Of a stretch of 64,000 bases of DNA, positions 25,399-34,879 are shown piece by piece. Numbering within the stretch: the first letter of the stretch is position 1; each line of letters opens with the position of its first letter. Below the pieces are notes generated by a model. It saw only the letters and a program-made list of their open reading frames with translations. It had not been told where the DNA came from and did not search any database. This DNA is from Epithemia pelagica (Eukaryota > Protista > Bacillariophyta), in assembly GCA_946965045.2 (NCBI GenBank), contig OX337228.1:4712001-4776000 (forward strand), given 5' to 3'. The position numbers were made by a program, and so were the translations under genes.

Positions 25399-25412
25399 TG
25401 AGACTGTTAATC
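25399..25412 (-). promoter_or_regulatory. Putative primer-binding site complementary to the tRNA-Asn(GTT) anticodon arm
   Basis: The minus strand directly after the LTR reads GATTAACAGTCTCA. Its complement TGAGA-CTGTTAA-TC is an anticodon stem, the Asn loop and the first two 3'-stem bases. Confidence 0.6.
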
Positions 25413-26195
25413 TGTTACAATTCTTTCTGAATCGTAGGGACATTGATGCTCGGTAGAGCAGACAATCAGGTAGGTCACCAACCGATCCAAGCTTCTCAGG
25501 GTCAGAGAAGCAAGCAAGTCGAAGTCTATCAGAAGGATAGTCGGGACACAAAAGAGGATGTGATAAATGGTGATATTGTTAGATTGTGTGTTGATTACTA
25601 CGATAGGTCTACGTGAAATGTTCGGTCCTGCCAAGGGTCATGTGTCATAGGTTCTTGGCGGCAACAGGTTTGGAATAGTTGGAGTCGATTCATGTGATGT
25701 ATATGACATGTATATGTGGGCGGATAACATATACAGGGTCAACAGCTCTTGTTTTGGGTTGGCATAGTTGTTTTCATGGCGCGCAGCTTGTTGACAATTT
25801 GGAGATTGTGGGAATGGAAATATGGTCTCGCGTGATCGTGTGTCGTGCTTGGGATACTTAGACCGTTGGGTCGGATAGATGCCGACAGCGCTCGGATGTC
25901 GCTTGGGCGCGCTCGATGATTTCGGGCGCGTACGCTTAGGGCGTTAGTATAATGTCCGAGCAACGGCCAAATTTACGTCCGTTGTAATACCGCACGACCC
26001 AGTTTAGTCTTGAGAGTGAGTTCGTCAATCTATTCTCACTTTTCATGATTTGCGAAGAAATATAGGTCGATATAGCGCGAAGCTAGGGAACATAGCTCGA
26101 AGCTAGATGGCATGATGCGATAGCACGAGGCTATGTGACATGGGGAATCGATGAGATGTAGAATCTAACCACCATAGACGGTGAGAATTCTAACA
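25413..26195 (-). repeat. 5' LTR of the copia element
   Basis: Followed on the minus strand by the putative PBS and ORF0. Confidence 0.95.
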
Positions 26196-26643
26196 CGTCC
26201 TAGTGGTTGCAAGAAATATTTTATTACCTTTAGTGTTATGTGTGATTTCTTCCGAACGCTAGATTTTCATCAAAAATTACGGTTGACTGTTGACCATGGT
26301 GGAGGGCCATCCCAACCGCGTACCTTGTTGCCGAGCTGTATCGAGGTGCCTCAGGGTGTTGTTAGGCCACCACCAATGGGGCAACAAGGTATGCGGTTGG
26401 CATCATCCACAACAACATGATCATTGGATGCACCCCACGCACGATAGTCTCGTGCAAAACGAAGTTTTTCTGGGGGAACGCGAGATTGTCGAGTTTAGGA
26501 AGCACTTTTCACATGAGAGGCATAATTATAAGGGCTATAGTAATTAGATGGCTGGCGTGATATACGTAGATTTCCTACTAAGCGCTACGTCGTTGACATT
26601 CGGCTTGAACTCAGCTTGTAGAGGTCCTCATTGGAGATTTATA

Positions 26644-28352
26644 CGAGCTCCACCGCACTGAAATTGCACAAGCAGTAGCCCGTGCTTCACGTTTCCACTT
26701 CTCAGTGGCACTTCCGGCCCAACGAGATATAATACAACATTCATTTTCATAGAGTAAAATGAATTGCCCCTCCGTCACATGCCGACTCACACTCTCTCGT
26801 ACGAGTGGTGGACTAAAACCGATGAACCCACTTTCACCATGGAGACGAGGCGCTGGCACAACAATCAACCCGCCTTCTCTACGAGTATGAATATGAACAG
26901 CTACTAATAGAGACCATCTACCAATAGGAAGCATCTAGGTAGCTTTGTATGTGTCGTAGGCTTTCGCTACGCGTTCATCCATCCTTGTCCATCCATCCTC
27001 GTTCGCCATCCTTTCTTTTGTTGATTGTTGTTTCACCACCATCCCATGTTCGATCGTTGATTGTTGCATTGGGGTTGTTGCTGTCTGAGTGTTGTCCTTG
27101 TCGCCGAGTGTTTCGTTCGGCGGCAGCGAGTAGTTGATTGTTGTTGTTGGGTCACCGCTTGTTGTTGTGGTGGTTGTCGCCGCGTGTTTCGTTGGGCCTC
27201 AGCGAGCTTTGGGTTGTTGTCGTCATTGTCACCGCTTGCTGTCTTTGTGGTTGTTGCCGCTTGTTGTGGTTGCCATTGTCGCCGCTTGTCATTGTCGTCG
27301 CTTGTTGCCGATTTGGAGATGATTCGTTTGGGAGCTGCGAGGGGTTGATCGTGGATTGTTGCGTTCGCCGTTTGATTTATCGTTGTCAGCACTTGCTATC
27401 GTTGTCACCCCTTGTTGTCGCTGTCGCTGTCGCAGGGTGATGCGCGTTCAAGAGAGGACTTGTAGGAGGACTTGGGGGAGTTGTTGCATGTTGCATCCAT
27501 GTTGCTTGTTATTCGGAACTCGGTTGTTGTTTTGTTGTTGATTGCGATCCGTGTGATTGCCGTGTTTGCTGTAAACACTCTTCCATGCATTGCTGATCTA
27601 TGCCAAAGGCTTCCAGCCATCGGACTCCATTTCAATTTGCATTCTGTCAAGCATAGTCATCTTGTATTGTTGCTTCCTTGTTTGCTGTTGTCGCGATTGT
27701 TGTTGTTGCCTCGGAGCGTTTGGACCAACCCAACGAGGCTTTCATTTGCTGTGTTCGGACCACGCAAAGCCAAGAAGTTGATTGATGGATGCGGACGGAC
27801 AATAAGTGAATTGCTGCATTCATTGTCTCCATTAGCGTCGTCTTCTGATTGTCACTTCCTTCGATGCGGTTGCCGAGATTCTCGTCATGTTTGTGCTTCG
27901 GAATCATCCAGTAGATTGCCGTGTGTCCTTGCCGCTGCTCTCCTACGCCTCATCCATCCATTTCGGAGCTTCCATTGTCGTCCCTCCATGCAATCTTGGT
28001 TCATTCCATCATTATCCGACTCCAATCTGGATCCTCTCGTTGCTTCCTACCAACCCAAAAATGGAAGGTCTTCTAAATCTTGCCGTACCTCCACAGATAT
28101 CGAGAGTTCATCGCCGCCCGTCCATTCCCTCACGGTACACTTGATTCTGAGGCATCCTGGATGGTCGGAGGAGTACTAGCACCTTTCGTTGGAGGTGCAC
28201 ACCGGCTTGAGTGTGCCATGGTGGTGTTATGCAGTGCAAAATGACCGTAGTGGTAGTGGTCTTCCTACGAAGCTAGAATCACTATAGGAAAAACAGTGGG
28301 GACCCAAAAAGCACGGGCTACTGGCTGTGCAATTTCAGTGCGGAGGAGCTCG
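26644..28352 (-). mobile_element. Non-autonomous Tc1/mariner (Minos-like) element, copy 2, inverted relative to copy 1
   Basis: TIR CGAGCTCC(A/T)CCGCACTGAAATTGCACA…AGTAGCCCGTGC at both ends with a few mismatches. TA at 26642-43 and 28353-54. The interior is clearly homologous to 16334-17678 in reverse. Confidence 0.88.
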
Positions 28353-28599
28353 TACATAGATCAACTCGTCTTTGAATCCTCTTTCGATTTGTTCTGTATA
28401 TGCCTCGCCAAATTAATATATTCATTTCAAAATATTGGACTAAAGTATGGCGAGCAAAATTTAAGTATTCAAAACCCTAATGTGGGATGTGCTACAAGAT
28501 AAGTACGAGTAGAAAAGGTACCGCAGTCGCGCACGTGAATGACACTAGGGGTACATCGCGCGCATACCGCGCAAAACTTAAAGGCTTGATTTCTTGAAA

Positions 28600-29921
28600 C
28601 CCTCGGTATCAGTGTCCACTGCTTAGCTGTTTTTTGTCTGTGCCACCTTCACAGGTTCCCAAGTGGACACAGACAGCATTTTTCGCTTTTGATGCAAATA
28701 GAAATTATCAAATTGCAAATTGGCACGCATGCCCAGCTGATTTTTTCGACGTTTGAAGCGGACGCAAGCCCAACAAGCGTCCCCTGCGTGGATGACGGTT
28801 GGTTGTTGCATAATTCGGGGCAGGCTCACAATTCTCTTTTCTTTTGCCAAAGCACATCGAACTTACTAGGTATCTACTTACGAATGTTACTGGCTTTCCA
28901 GGTGAGCTTGATCCATTGCCAATTGCCATGTTGTCAATGACATCAGTCATGCTCACTGCCACTTGCCACTTTTGTTTGCTCTGCTCGTGTGAGACGCTAC
29001 TCATCTGTTTAGTCGCTGGGCAGCTCATTACTCTCATTGTTCATTCTTGTCGAACAGAAATGACTGGTTTTTGCTGAGCGCCATAACTTTGATTGCATTA
29101 AAAAAACTCTATACTCTAGACATTCTTTTGTTTATTTACTAGTAGTAGAACGCCAGTGCTTGTCATCCATGAGACTTTTGAGCCTTGTGAATTCGTTGCA
29201 GCTTTGTTCTTTGTTGTGAGCACGACGATGACCCTCAGTTTCGCTATGAAAACACAACAGAACAGCTCTCACAAGCTTGTACCGCTCACTTTGAGCACTC
29301 TGTGTCGACTACCTAGGTAGGATATGATAATTGGTCAGTAGGGTGTGGCAAGATGGCTTCCCATCTATTTGATGCAAAAACAACATCGTTGAGAAATGAT
29401 TGAGAATGACGCTATGATGAGAGACGAGAGAGAATAATCTATCCTATAGAGCATATGACAGTAGCCAAAAAACAATCAAACAACAAACAATTACGGCAAG
29501 GAAAAGATATTCCAGTTGACATCTGGCGGCTTGTCATCTACTCGTACGAAATGAGACAAAAGTAAAGGATCATGCAAGAACAATAGGAAAGACAGCTGCA
29601 GCAGTGATGCGTGAGAAAAAGGGAAAAGAGACAACAAGATAAGTATTCACCCACGTCATGGTCAAGCATTTGGCTCGGTTTTGGGTTTTTGTGACAGGTG
29701 TCGAGATGATGATGGATGCCCAAATTTGAATCGTGGTGACCCAGCGAGGACAACCACCAACCGTCAACTGTCACTTGCACGCTGGCCTTGCTTCAACCCT
29801 GAGGAATTTTAATGGTTAGACAGACAGACGAAAAACGAAAAATGCTGTCTGTGTCCACTTGGGAACCTGTGAAGGTGGCACAGACAAAAAACAGCTAAGC
29901 AGTGGACACCGATACCGAGGG
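28600..29921. mobile_element. Non-autonomous element with 86-bp TIRs (CCC…GGG ends); superfamily unresolved
   Basis: 28600-28685 and 29836-29921 are inverted repeats with 1 mismatch. Weaker inverted similarity extends further inward. No TSD was found and the right end abuts the YR retrotransposon. Confidence 0.7.
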
Positions 29922-30482
29922 CGAAGAGACACTACGACAAACATCCTTGGCACGTGCCGTTTCGGTCTGTCCGAGAGATCGCAGTCGGTTCTGTCACCGA
30001 AAACTTGGTCCGTTGAGATTTGTAAAAAAGATTCTAAATCTAAACGATAGACACATAGTTTTGCCGAAGGCCTATGAAACCAAAAAATGGCTCCAGGGCG
30101 GGGAAGGGGAAATTTTAAGATTAGCTAACTAGAATCGTTGCGATCTCGAACTCGTCTCGTAGTCGTTGCAAAGATGCTGAACCCAAGAAGAGTGAGCTCT
30201 TCTCACGCTCCAACGACTCTGCATCAGGGTCATCCTAAAACTTCCGATTGTGGGAATCAAATCGGATGCTCGCCTCGCGTCGAGGAGGCGGAGCAGTCGC
30301 ACCTCTGTTGTCGGTCGCGGAGTCTGGCCAGCATCGGCCACGTCACTCCACCCAGTACAGACACCAAAGAGACACTACGACAAACATCCTTGGCACGTGC
30401 CGTTTCGGTCTGTCCGAGAGATCGCAGTCGGTTCTGTCACCGAAAACTTGGTCCGTTGAGATTTGTAAAAAAGATTCTAAAT

Positions 30483-31946
30483 CTAAACGATAGACACATA
30501 GTTTTGCCGAAGGCCTCTGAAACCAAAAAATGGCTCCACTACCATCAAACCCGATATTACAATCCAACGATGTCCAGCTGGGCTAGAAGTCGAGATGGAG
30601 AGTGGTGGGGAAGTGATGTTGGGGATCTTGGCCATTGAAGGTGTTAAAGAGGTTTTCATCCGGTGATTCGAGAGCAGTCTCGCTGTTCGTTTGAAGGGCC
30701 GGATCAACGAGGTTGTCGAGTCGGTTCCGCAGTTTTCCAAGGAGGCGATGCGGGAAGCTGTTGTTGAGTTGTCAACATGCCGAAAGTCGGTGGTGTTGAG
30801 CATTAATTGGGCCATGCCCGTGGTCCATTCAAGAACCTGTGGTCGGATATATTTCATGAAGGCGGTCGAGCTCCATCGACCAAGAATCATGATCTTGACG
30901 ACGGAACAATCAGCCAGGAACAGGGCCATGGCGGCTCCTGATCTGAGAGAGTGCGTGCCGATATCCATTGGGTGGTAGCCAAAGGCGTTGAATCCGCCGC
31001 CCAATACACAGGTTTCGCGTAGCAGGTTGCGAGTGTCTTCTTGTCGGACAAAGCGTGGGGGAAGGGATGGGTTGGATGGGTCAAACCAACAATTTACTGT
31101 CGTGGATGGGGGAGCTTTCGGACGGTAGTGGAGGATCCGACGAATGACGCGGCCCCAGAGGAGGACGGGGTCGAGGATTGGGTCATTCGTTCTGCTCTGG
31201 GTGCGAGTTTCAGCTTTGTGGTTGTTCTTTTGTTCGCGAAAGGTTATTGATACGTATTTCGCGAGGTGGTGGAAGTCTGGATGATTTGCGGCGATTGTTT
31301 CATGTTTCTTTGCTGTGTAAAAGACGACGTCGCCGATGGTTAGGAGCTTGGTCTTGCCTCGGTGGGGTACGGTCGTGAGTTCACAGCTTCGGCATCCAAA
31401 GAAGAACCCACAGCCGGCAAGGTCGGCGACGACGGCCTTGAATGTGGAGAAGTCGTAGACTCGTGGTGGGTTGGTGAGTCGGGTGTTGCGACAACTGTGG
31501 AGCCAGAGAAAGCGGAGATGTTTGGCAGTAACGGCTTTTTCTCGTTTCTCGGGGGGATCCAGATTTGACCACGCGCGTTTGAGGGAAGCGACGAGGGGGT
31601 GGACGTGATGGCTGTCTTGACAGTGGCAGGGGCTCGGCCGGTCATGATGCCGGAAGCACGATGCCAAGTCTCCAATGGCTTGGCTAAGAGTGCTTGCTCG
31701 AAGAGGTTGCGAGCGGTCGCGATTCTTGGTGTATTCGGCATCGTGGAGGGCTTGTAAGAAGGAACATGCGATGCTGGCTCTGTGGTTGGTTGCTCTGACG
31801 GACTCGAGGAGTGGGTCGTGACCGAATCCAATCCTGTCGAGATGTTCTGTCCATCGTTGCCAACATTGGTCGCGCTTTTGGTGTGCTCCTTCGGTCTTGC
31901 CGAAGAAGATTCGGGACACGCTGGCACGATCGAGGAGATCCAACAT
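30483..31946 (-). CDS. YR element ORF3: tyrosine recombinase
   Basis: ATG at 31946; overlaps ORF2 by about 600 nt. Catalytic motifs GCRSCE, HSLRSG, GRWSS and MKYIR are intact. Confidence 0.93.
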   Translation of the reverse strand: MLDLLDRASVSRIFFGKTEGAHQKRDQCWQRWTEHLDRIGFGHDPLLESVRATNHRASIACSFLQALHDAEYTKNRDRSQPLRASTLSQAIGDLASCFRHHDRPSPCHCQDSHHVHPLVASLKRAWSNLDPPEKREKAVTAKHLRFLWLHSCRNTRLTNPPRVYDFSTFKAVVADLAGCGFFFGCRSCELTTVPHRGKTKLLTIGDVVFYTAKKHETIAANHPDFHHLAKYVSITFREQKNNHKAETRTQSRTNDPILDPVLLWGRVIRRILHYRPKAPPSTTVNCWFDPSNPSLPPRFVRQEDTRNLLRETCVLGGGFNAFGYHPMDIGTHSLRSGAAMALFLADCSVVKIMILGRWSSTAFMKYIRPQVLEWTTGMAQLMLNTTDFRHVDNSTTASRIASLENCGTDSTTSLIRPFKRTARLLSNHRMKTSLTPSMAKIPNITSPPLSISTSSPAGHRWIVISGLMVVEPFFGFRGLRQNYVSIV

Positions 31947-34867
31947 AGTATTTCGTTGGGTAAGGGATTGATGTGAAAATTCTCGGGAATCTGCGACATA
32001 AAATTTTCATCAAGAAAAAGGGTAAGTTCGTTATCGTTAAGATGCCAGTGTCGTGACAAAATATCTGACACATCGTTCTTGCTCCCTGGAATATGCTCGG
32101 CTTGAAGGGAGAACTTGTGGTGAAGAATAAGTTCTGTTAGCTTCTTGGAGACTTGGACATGCAACGGCTTGTCAGATCCAAAGGATGATTTGTACATCCA
32201 GCCGACGGCGGACGAGTTGTCGGAGAGACTCAGTACGGCCGAGTTTTCTTCGATGCCATCGAACCAACAATCAACCCACATTGACACAACAATTGCGATG
32301 TATTCAAAGAGATTGTTGGTGCGTGTGTTGGTGGATGATGGGTCGAGTTGGGCAAGAGCTTGGAGTCTTGTTTGGTCGATTCGGAATCGCCATGCTCTGC
32401 CGGATCGCACCGAGTAACCGCCCATCCCTTCGGGGCAGGAGTCGGCATGGAAGAGATGGGTGGGAACGCGACAAACCAGTCGATTGAGCGAGATGCCGTT
32501 GTGGGCATGTTGGAGGAGAGACGGCCACATTTCGAGATCCTTGGCGATGGAGTCTGGAATGGAGTACCGATAGAATGCTGGAGGGACGTCTCGGTTGGGT
32601 CGAGGACGTTTCGGATTCTTGTTCGTCTCTGGTGGTTTTGCTTTCTGTTTTTGTCGGAACGCCCGTTCAATGAAGGTTTGGTACTCGCGAAGGCGAGACA
32701 ACCAAAAGGATGCGTGGGGTATGCCTTTGGTGGCATGTAGTAATTTTCCAATCAAGCTACGGAGGTTGTGGAAGGTGGTTCGACGGGTCTTGAGAAGATG
32801 TTGGACTTCTCGGGTCCAACCAATCAGTTTATCTTTTGGGAGACGAAGGAGAAGTCGTCTTGTGTCAACAATCCACCCGAGAACTCGTTGTTCTTCAGCG
32901 GGTGCGCCTTCGGCTTCAAGTTTATCGGCTTCCAGCATGTCTTTTCGTGTAATTGGCTCATCCTTGGCAACTGGTCTTGTCATGAGATGGACGACGAGAG
33001 GAACGATGCTCGGGCATCGGCCAAGGTGAGGGTTGGTTGCAAGGAAGACTTGGATCATATCATCCAGATATGAGTCGTGAAAACCATGGGGACGTGGTGG
33101 GACAGAGACTGCCAATTCACATGCTGCGACGAGTGGAACTTCCTCTGGTAAATACTTGGGTCCTCCAATTCCTTCCTGGAGTGGCGATTGACAAAGGTCT
33201 GGCTGCCATTCATCGAAATCGGCCAGGTCGTTGCAGAAGTCAGTTCCGATTTCCGAGACGATGGAAAATTCGGCCGGGTTGGCGGATGCTCCAAAGGTCA
33301 ACCGTAGATTGAGGTGAGCAAAGGAATTGGAGGGGTCAATGGTAATATTCCTTGCTGCGACATCGCCATCGCCATGGACGCAACGATAGGCAGATGACCA
33401 ATCAAACTTGCTGATGAGGATGCGATCGGTGGGAAATTTCCAACGCAATGCAACAATCTGGTGGAGAACACGGTCTAAACAGTGGCCCATCACAAGGTCA
33501 ATCAATTTGCTTTGGTCGATCAAGTCGTTGGTCGAGGGGCAAAATCCGAGGGAAAAGGACTGGTCGTGTGTCAAGTGGTCTTTCGGAACAAGGTCGCCGT
33601 TGGCATCGATGCCGAGTTGGTGAGCGACGCCCATGGGACTGATTCGGCTGTGCTTGATACGTTTGGCACAGTCAAAGGTGATTGGAAGGGAGAAACCTTT
33701 CGAAGCGTCTTTGCGGAGGACTTTCGAGAGAGCTTCTGGATTCTTTTTACCAGAGGCGTGATTGCCGTATTCGAGGATTGCCTCGTTTTCAGCGCGTCTG
33801 GCTGGCTCGTCTTCCTCAGCTGTGAGAGGATAGGAGACACCATGCGTGATATTGTGGTGAAACCGTGACCAGTATGGGTGGCCGGCTAGGAGTGGTTCGA
33901 GAATTTGGGCTGTGCGAAATTCCGAGCCGGGTGTGATGACGGAGTCGGGGTGACTGTCGATCACTCGTTGCATGTCAAAATCAAACCGTTCAATCAGCTG
34001 TGAGTTGAAAGTTGCATTGGACAAAACAACAGAATTGTCGATAGAGTGACGAAAGGGTGATGGCTTGGGGGTTGATGGCTTGTGATCGGCGATGAAAAGC
34101 ATGACGGAAAGACGAATTGGGTGGCTAATCGGTTGGAGTGGAGGAGGGGCCAGTCTTGAGGGAAAAATCTTGGAAATCTCATTGGGAAGGTAGCGTAGAG
34201 CGGAACTTGGGGAACGAAACTCTGTGTCATCAGCAATGTTAGACTCACCTAGTAAATTTAAATCCGCTTTTCGAGCTTGTTCAAGTCTTTTCACATTTCG
34301 TTGTAATGGCTTGCCGGAAAAATCAGACCCGATGATTGCAGAGGAGCTCCCTGGGAGAGATTCCGCAATTTGTGAGGGCAGATTTTCGGAAAGGGAACTT
34401 GGGGGACTTGGGGGTCTTGTTGGGGTGCCAACGGAAAAGGAGTCTCTTGCGAGATCCTTCGAGGTTGGTTGGGAACGATTGGTGGCAATCGTGGAATTGG
34501 TGGGGGATGCGTCAACGGACGAACGGATCTTGGGAGTAGAATCAGACGTGATGACACATTGATTCTGAACGGACAAGATCAGATCGGAGAGTTCTCGTTG
34601 ACGAGTCTCGGGGTATCTTGAGTAATCTTGTGTGACATGATGAACCAGAAAAGGGTTCGCAGTGCTTGGAATCTTGGGTTTTTGGTCAGACGACGGTGTC
34701 GCCAATGGAGGGAGGAAGGATGCAACAATGTTGGATGCGGAAGGTGATGAAGGTGAGAGAGGCTTGGAGTAAGAAGAAGACTCCGCGACTATATTTTTAC
34801 TATTATCGGTGGGTCGAGAGTCGTCTCGCAAAAAGGAAGATGAATTCGATGATGAAGAAACAATCAA
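31340..34867 (-). CDS. YR element ORF2: reverse transcriptase + RNase H
   Basis: RT motifs KFDWSSAYR, LRLTFGASANP and YLDD; RNase H motifs DSCPEGMGG, NLFE, SDNSSAV and HIPGSKNDVSDILSR. No methyltransferase domain seen. Confidence 0.92.
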   Translation of the reverse strand: MIVSSSSNSSSFLRDDSRPTDNSKNIVAESSSYSKPLSPSSPSASNIVASFLPPLATPSSDQKPKIPSTANPFLVHHVTQDYSRYPETRQRELSDLILSVQNQCVITSDSTPKIRSSVDASPTNSTIATNRSQPTSKDLARDSFSVGTPTRPPSPPSSLSENLPSQIAESLPGSSSAIIGSDFSGKPLQRNVKRLEQARKADLNLLGESNIADDTEFRSPSSALRYLPNEISKIFPSRLAPPPLQPISHPIRLSVMLFIADHKPSTPKPSPFRHSIDNSVVLSNATFNSQLIERFDFDMQRVIDSHPDSVITPGSEFRTAQILEPLLAGHPYWSRFHHNITHGVSYPLTAEEDEPARRAENEAILEYGNHASGKKNPEALSKVLRKDASKGFSLPITFDCAKRIKHSRISPMGVAHQLGIDANGDLVPKDHLTHDQSFSLGFCPSTNDLIDQSKLIDLVMGHCLDRVLHQIVALRWKFPTDRILISKFDWSSAYRCVHGDGDVAARNITIDPSNSFAHLNLRLTFGASANPAEFSIVSEIGTDFCNDLADFDEWQPDLCQSPLQEGIGGPKYLPEEVPLVAACELAVSVPPRPHGFHDSYLDDMIQVFLATNPHLGRCPSIVPLVVHLMTRPVAKDEPITRKDMLEADKLEAEGAPAEEQRVLGWIVDTRRLLLRLPKDKLIGWTREVQHLLKTRRTTFHNLRSLIGKLLHATKGIPHASFWLSRLREYQTFIERAFRQKQKAKPPETNKNPKRPRPNRDVPPAFYRYSIPDSIAKDLEMWPSLLQHAHNGISLNRLVCRVPTHLFHADSCPEGMGGYSVRSGRAWRFRIDQTRLQALAQLDPSSTNTRTNNLFEYIAIVVSMWVDCWFDGIEENSAVLSLSDNSSAVGWMYKSSFGSDKPLHVQVSKKLTELILHHKFSLQAEHIPGSKNDVSDILSRHWHLNDNELTLFLDENFMSQIPENFHINPLPNEILCWISSIVPACPESSSARPKEHTKSATNVGNDGQNISTGLDSVTTHSSSPSEQPTTEPASHVPSYKPSTMPNTPRIATARNLFEQALLAKPLETWHRASGIMTGRAPATVKTAITSTPSSLPSNARGQIWIPPRNEKKPLLPNISAFSGSTVVATPDSPTHHESTTSPHSRPSSPTLPAVGSSLDAEAVNSRPYPTEARPSS

Positions 34868-34879
34868 CCCGTCCTGGCG

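Larger units (their letters stand above)
17812..26195 (-). mobile_element. Full-length Ty1/copia LTR retrotransposon (CoDi-like)
   Basis: 783-bp LTRs at 17812-18594 and 25413-26195 with TG…CA ends and 6 mismatches. 5-bp TSD CGTCC at 17807-11 and 26196-200. PPT GTGGGGGAG abuts the 3' LTR. Domain order is gag-PR-IN-RT-RH. Confidence 0.97.

Noticed and set aside
25399-25413. tRNA-Asn gene
   Set aside because: Only the anticodon arm is present, with no D or T arms or acceptor stem. It is better explained as a PBS.
27472-28179. ORFs inside the Minos-like copies as transposase or cargo genes
   Set aside because: No HTH or DDD/E motifs. Shared peptides simply reflect DNA homology, and the frames differ between copies.
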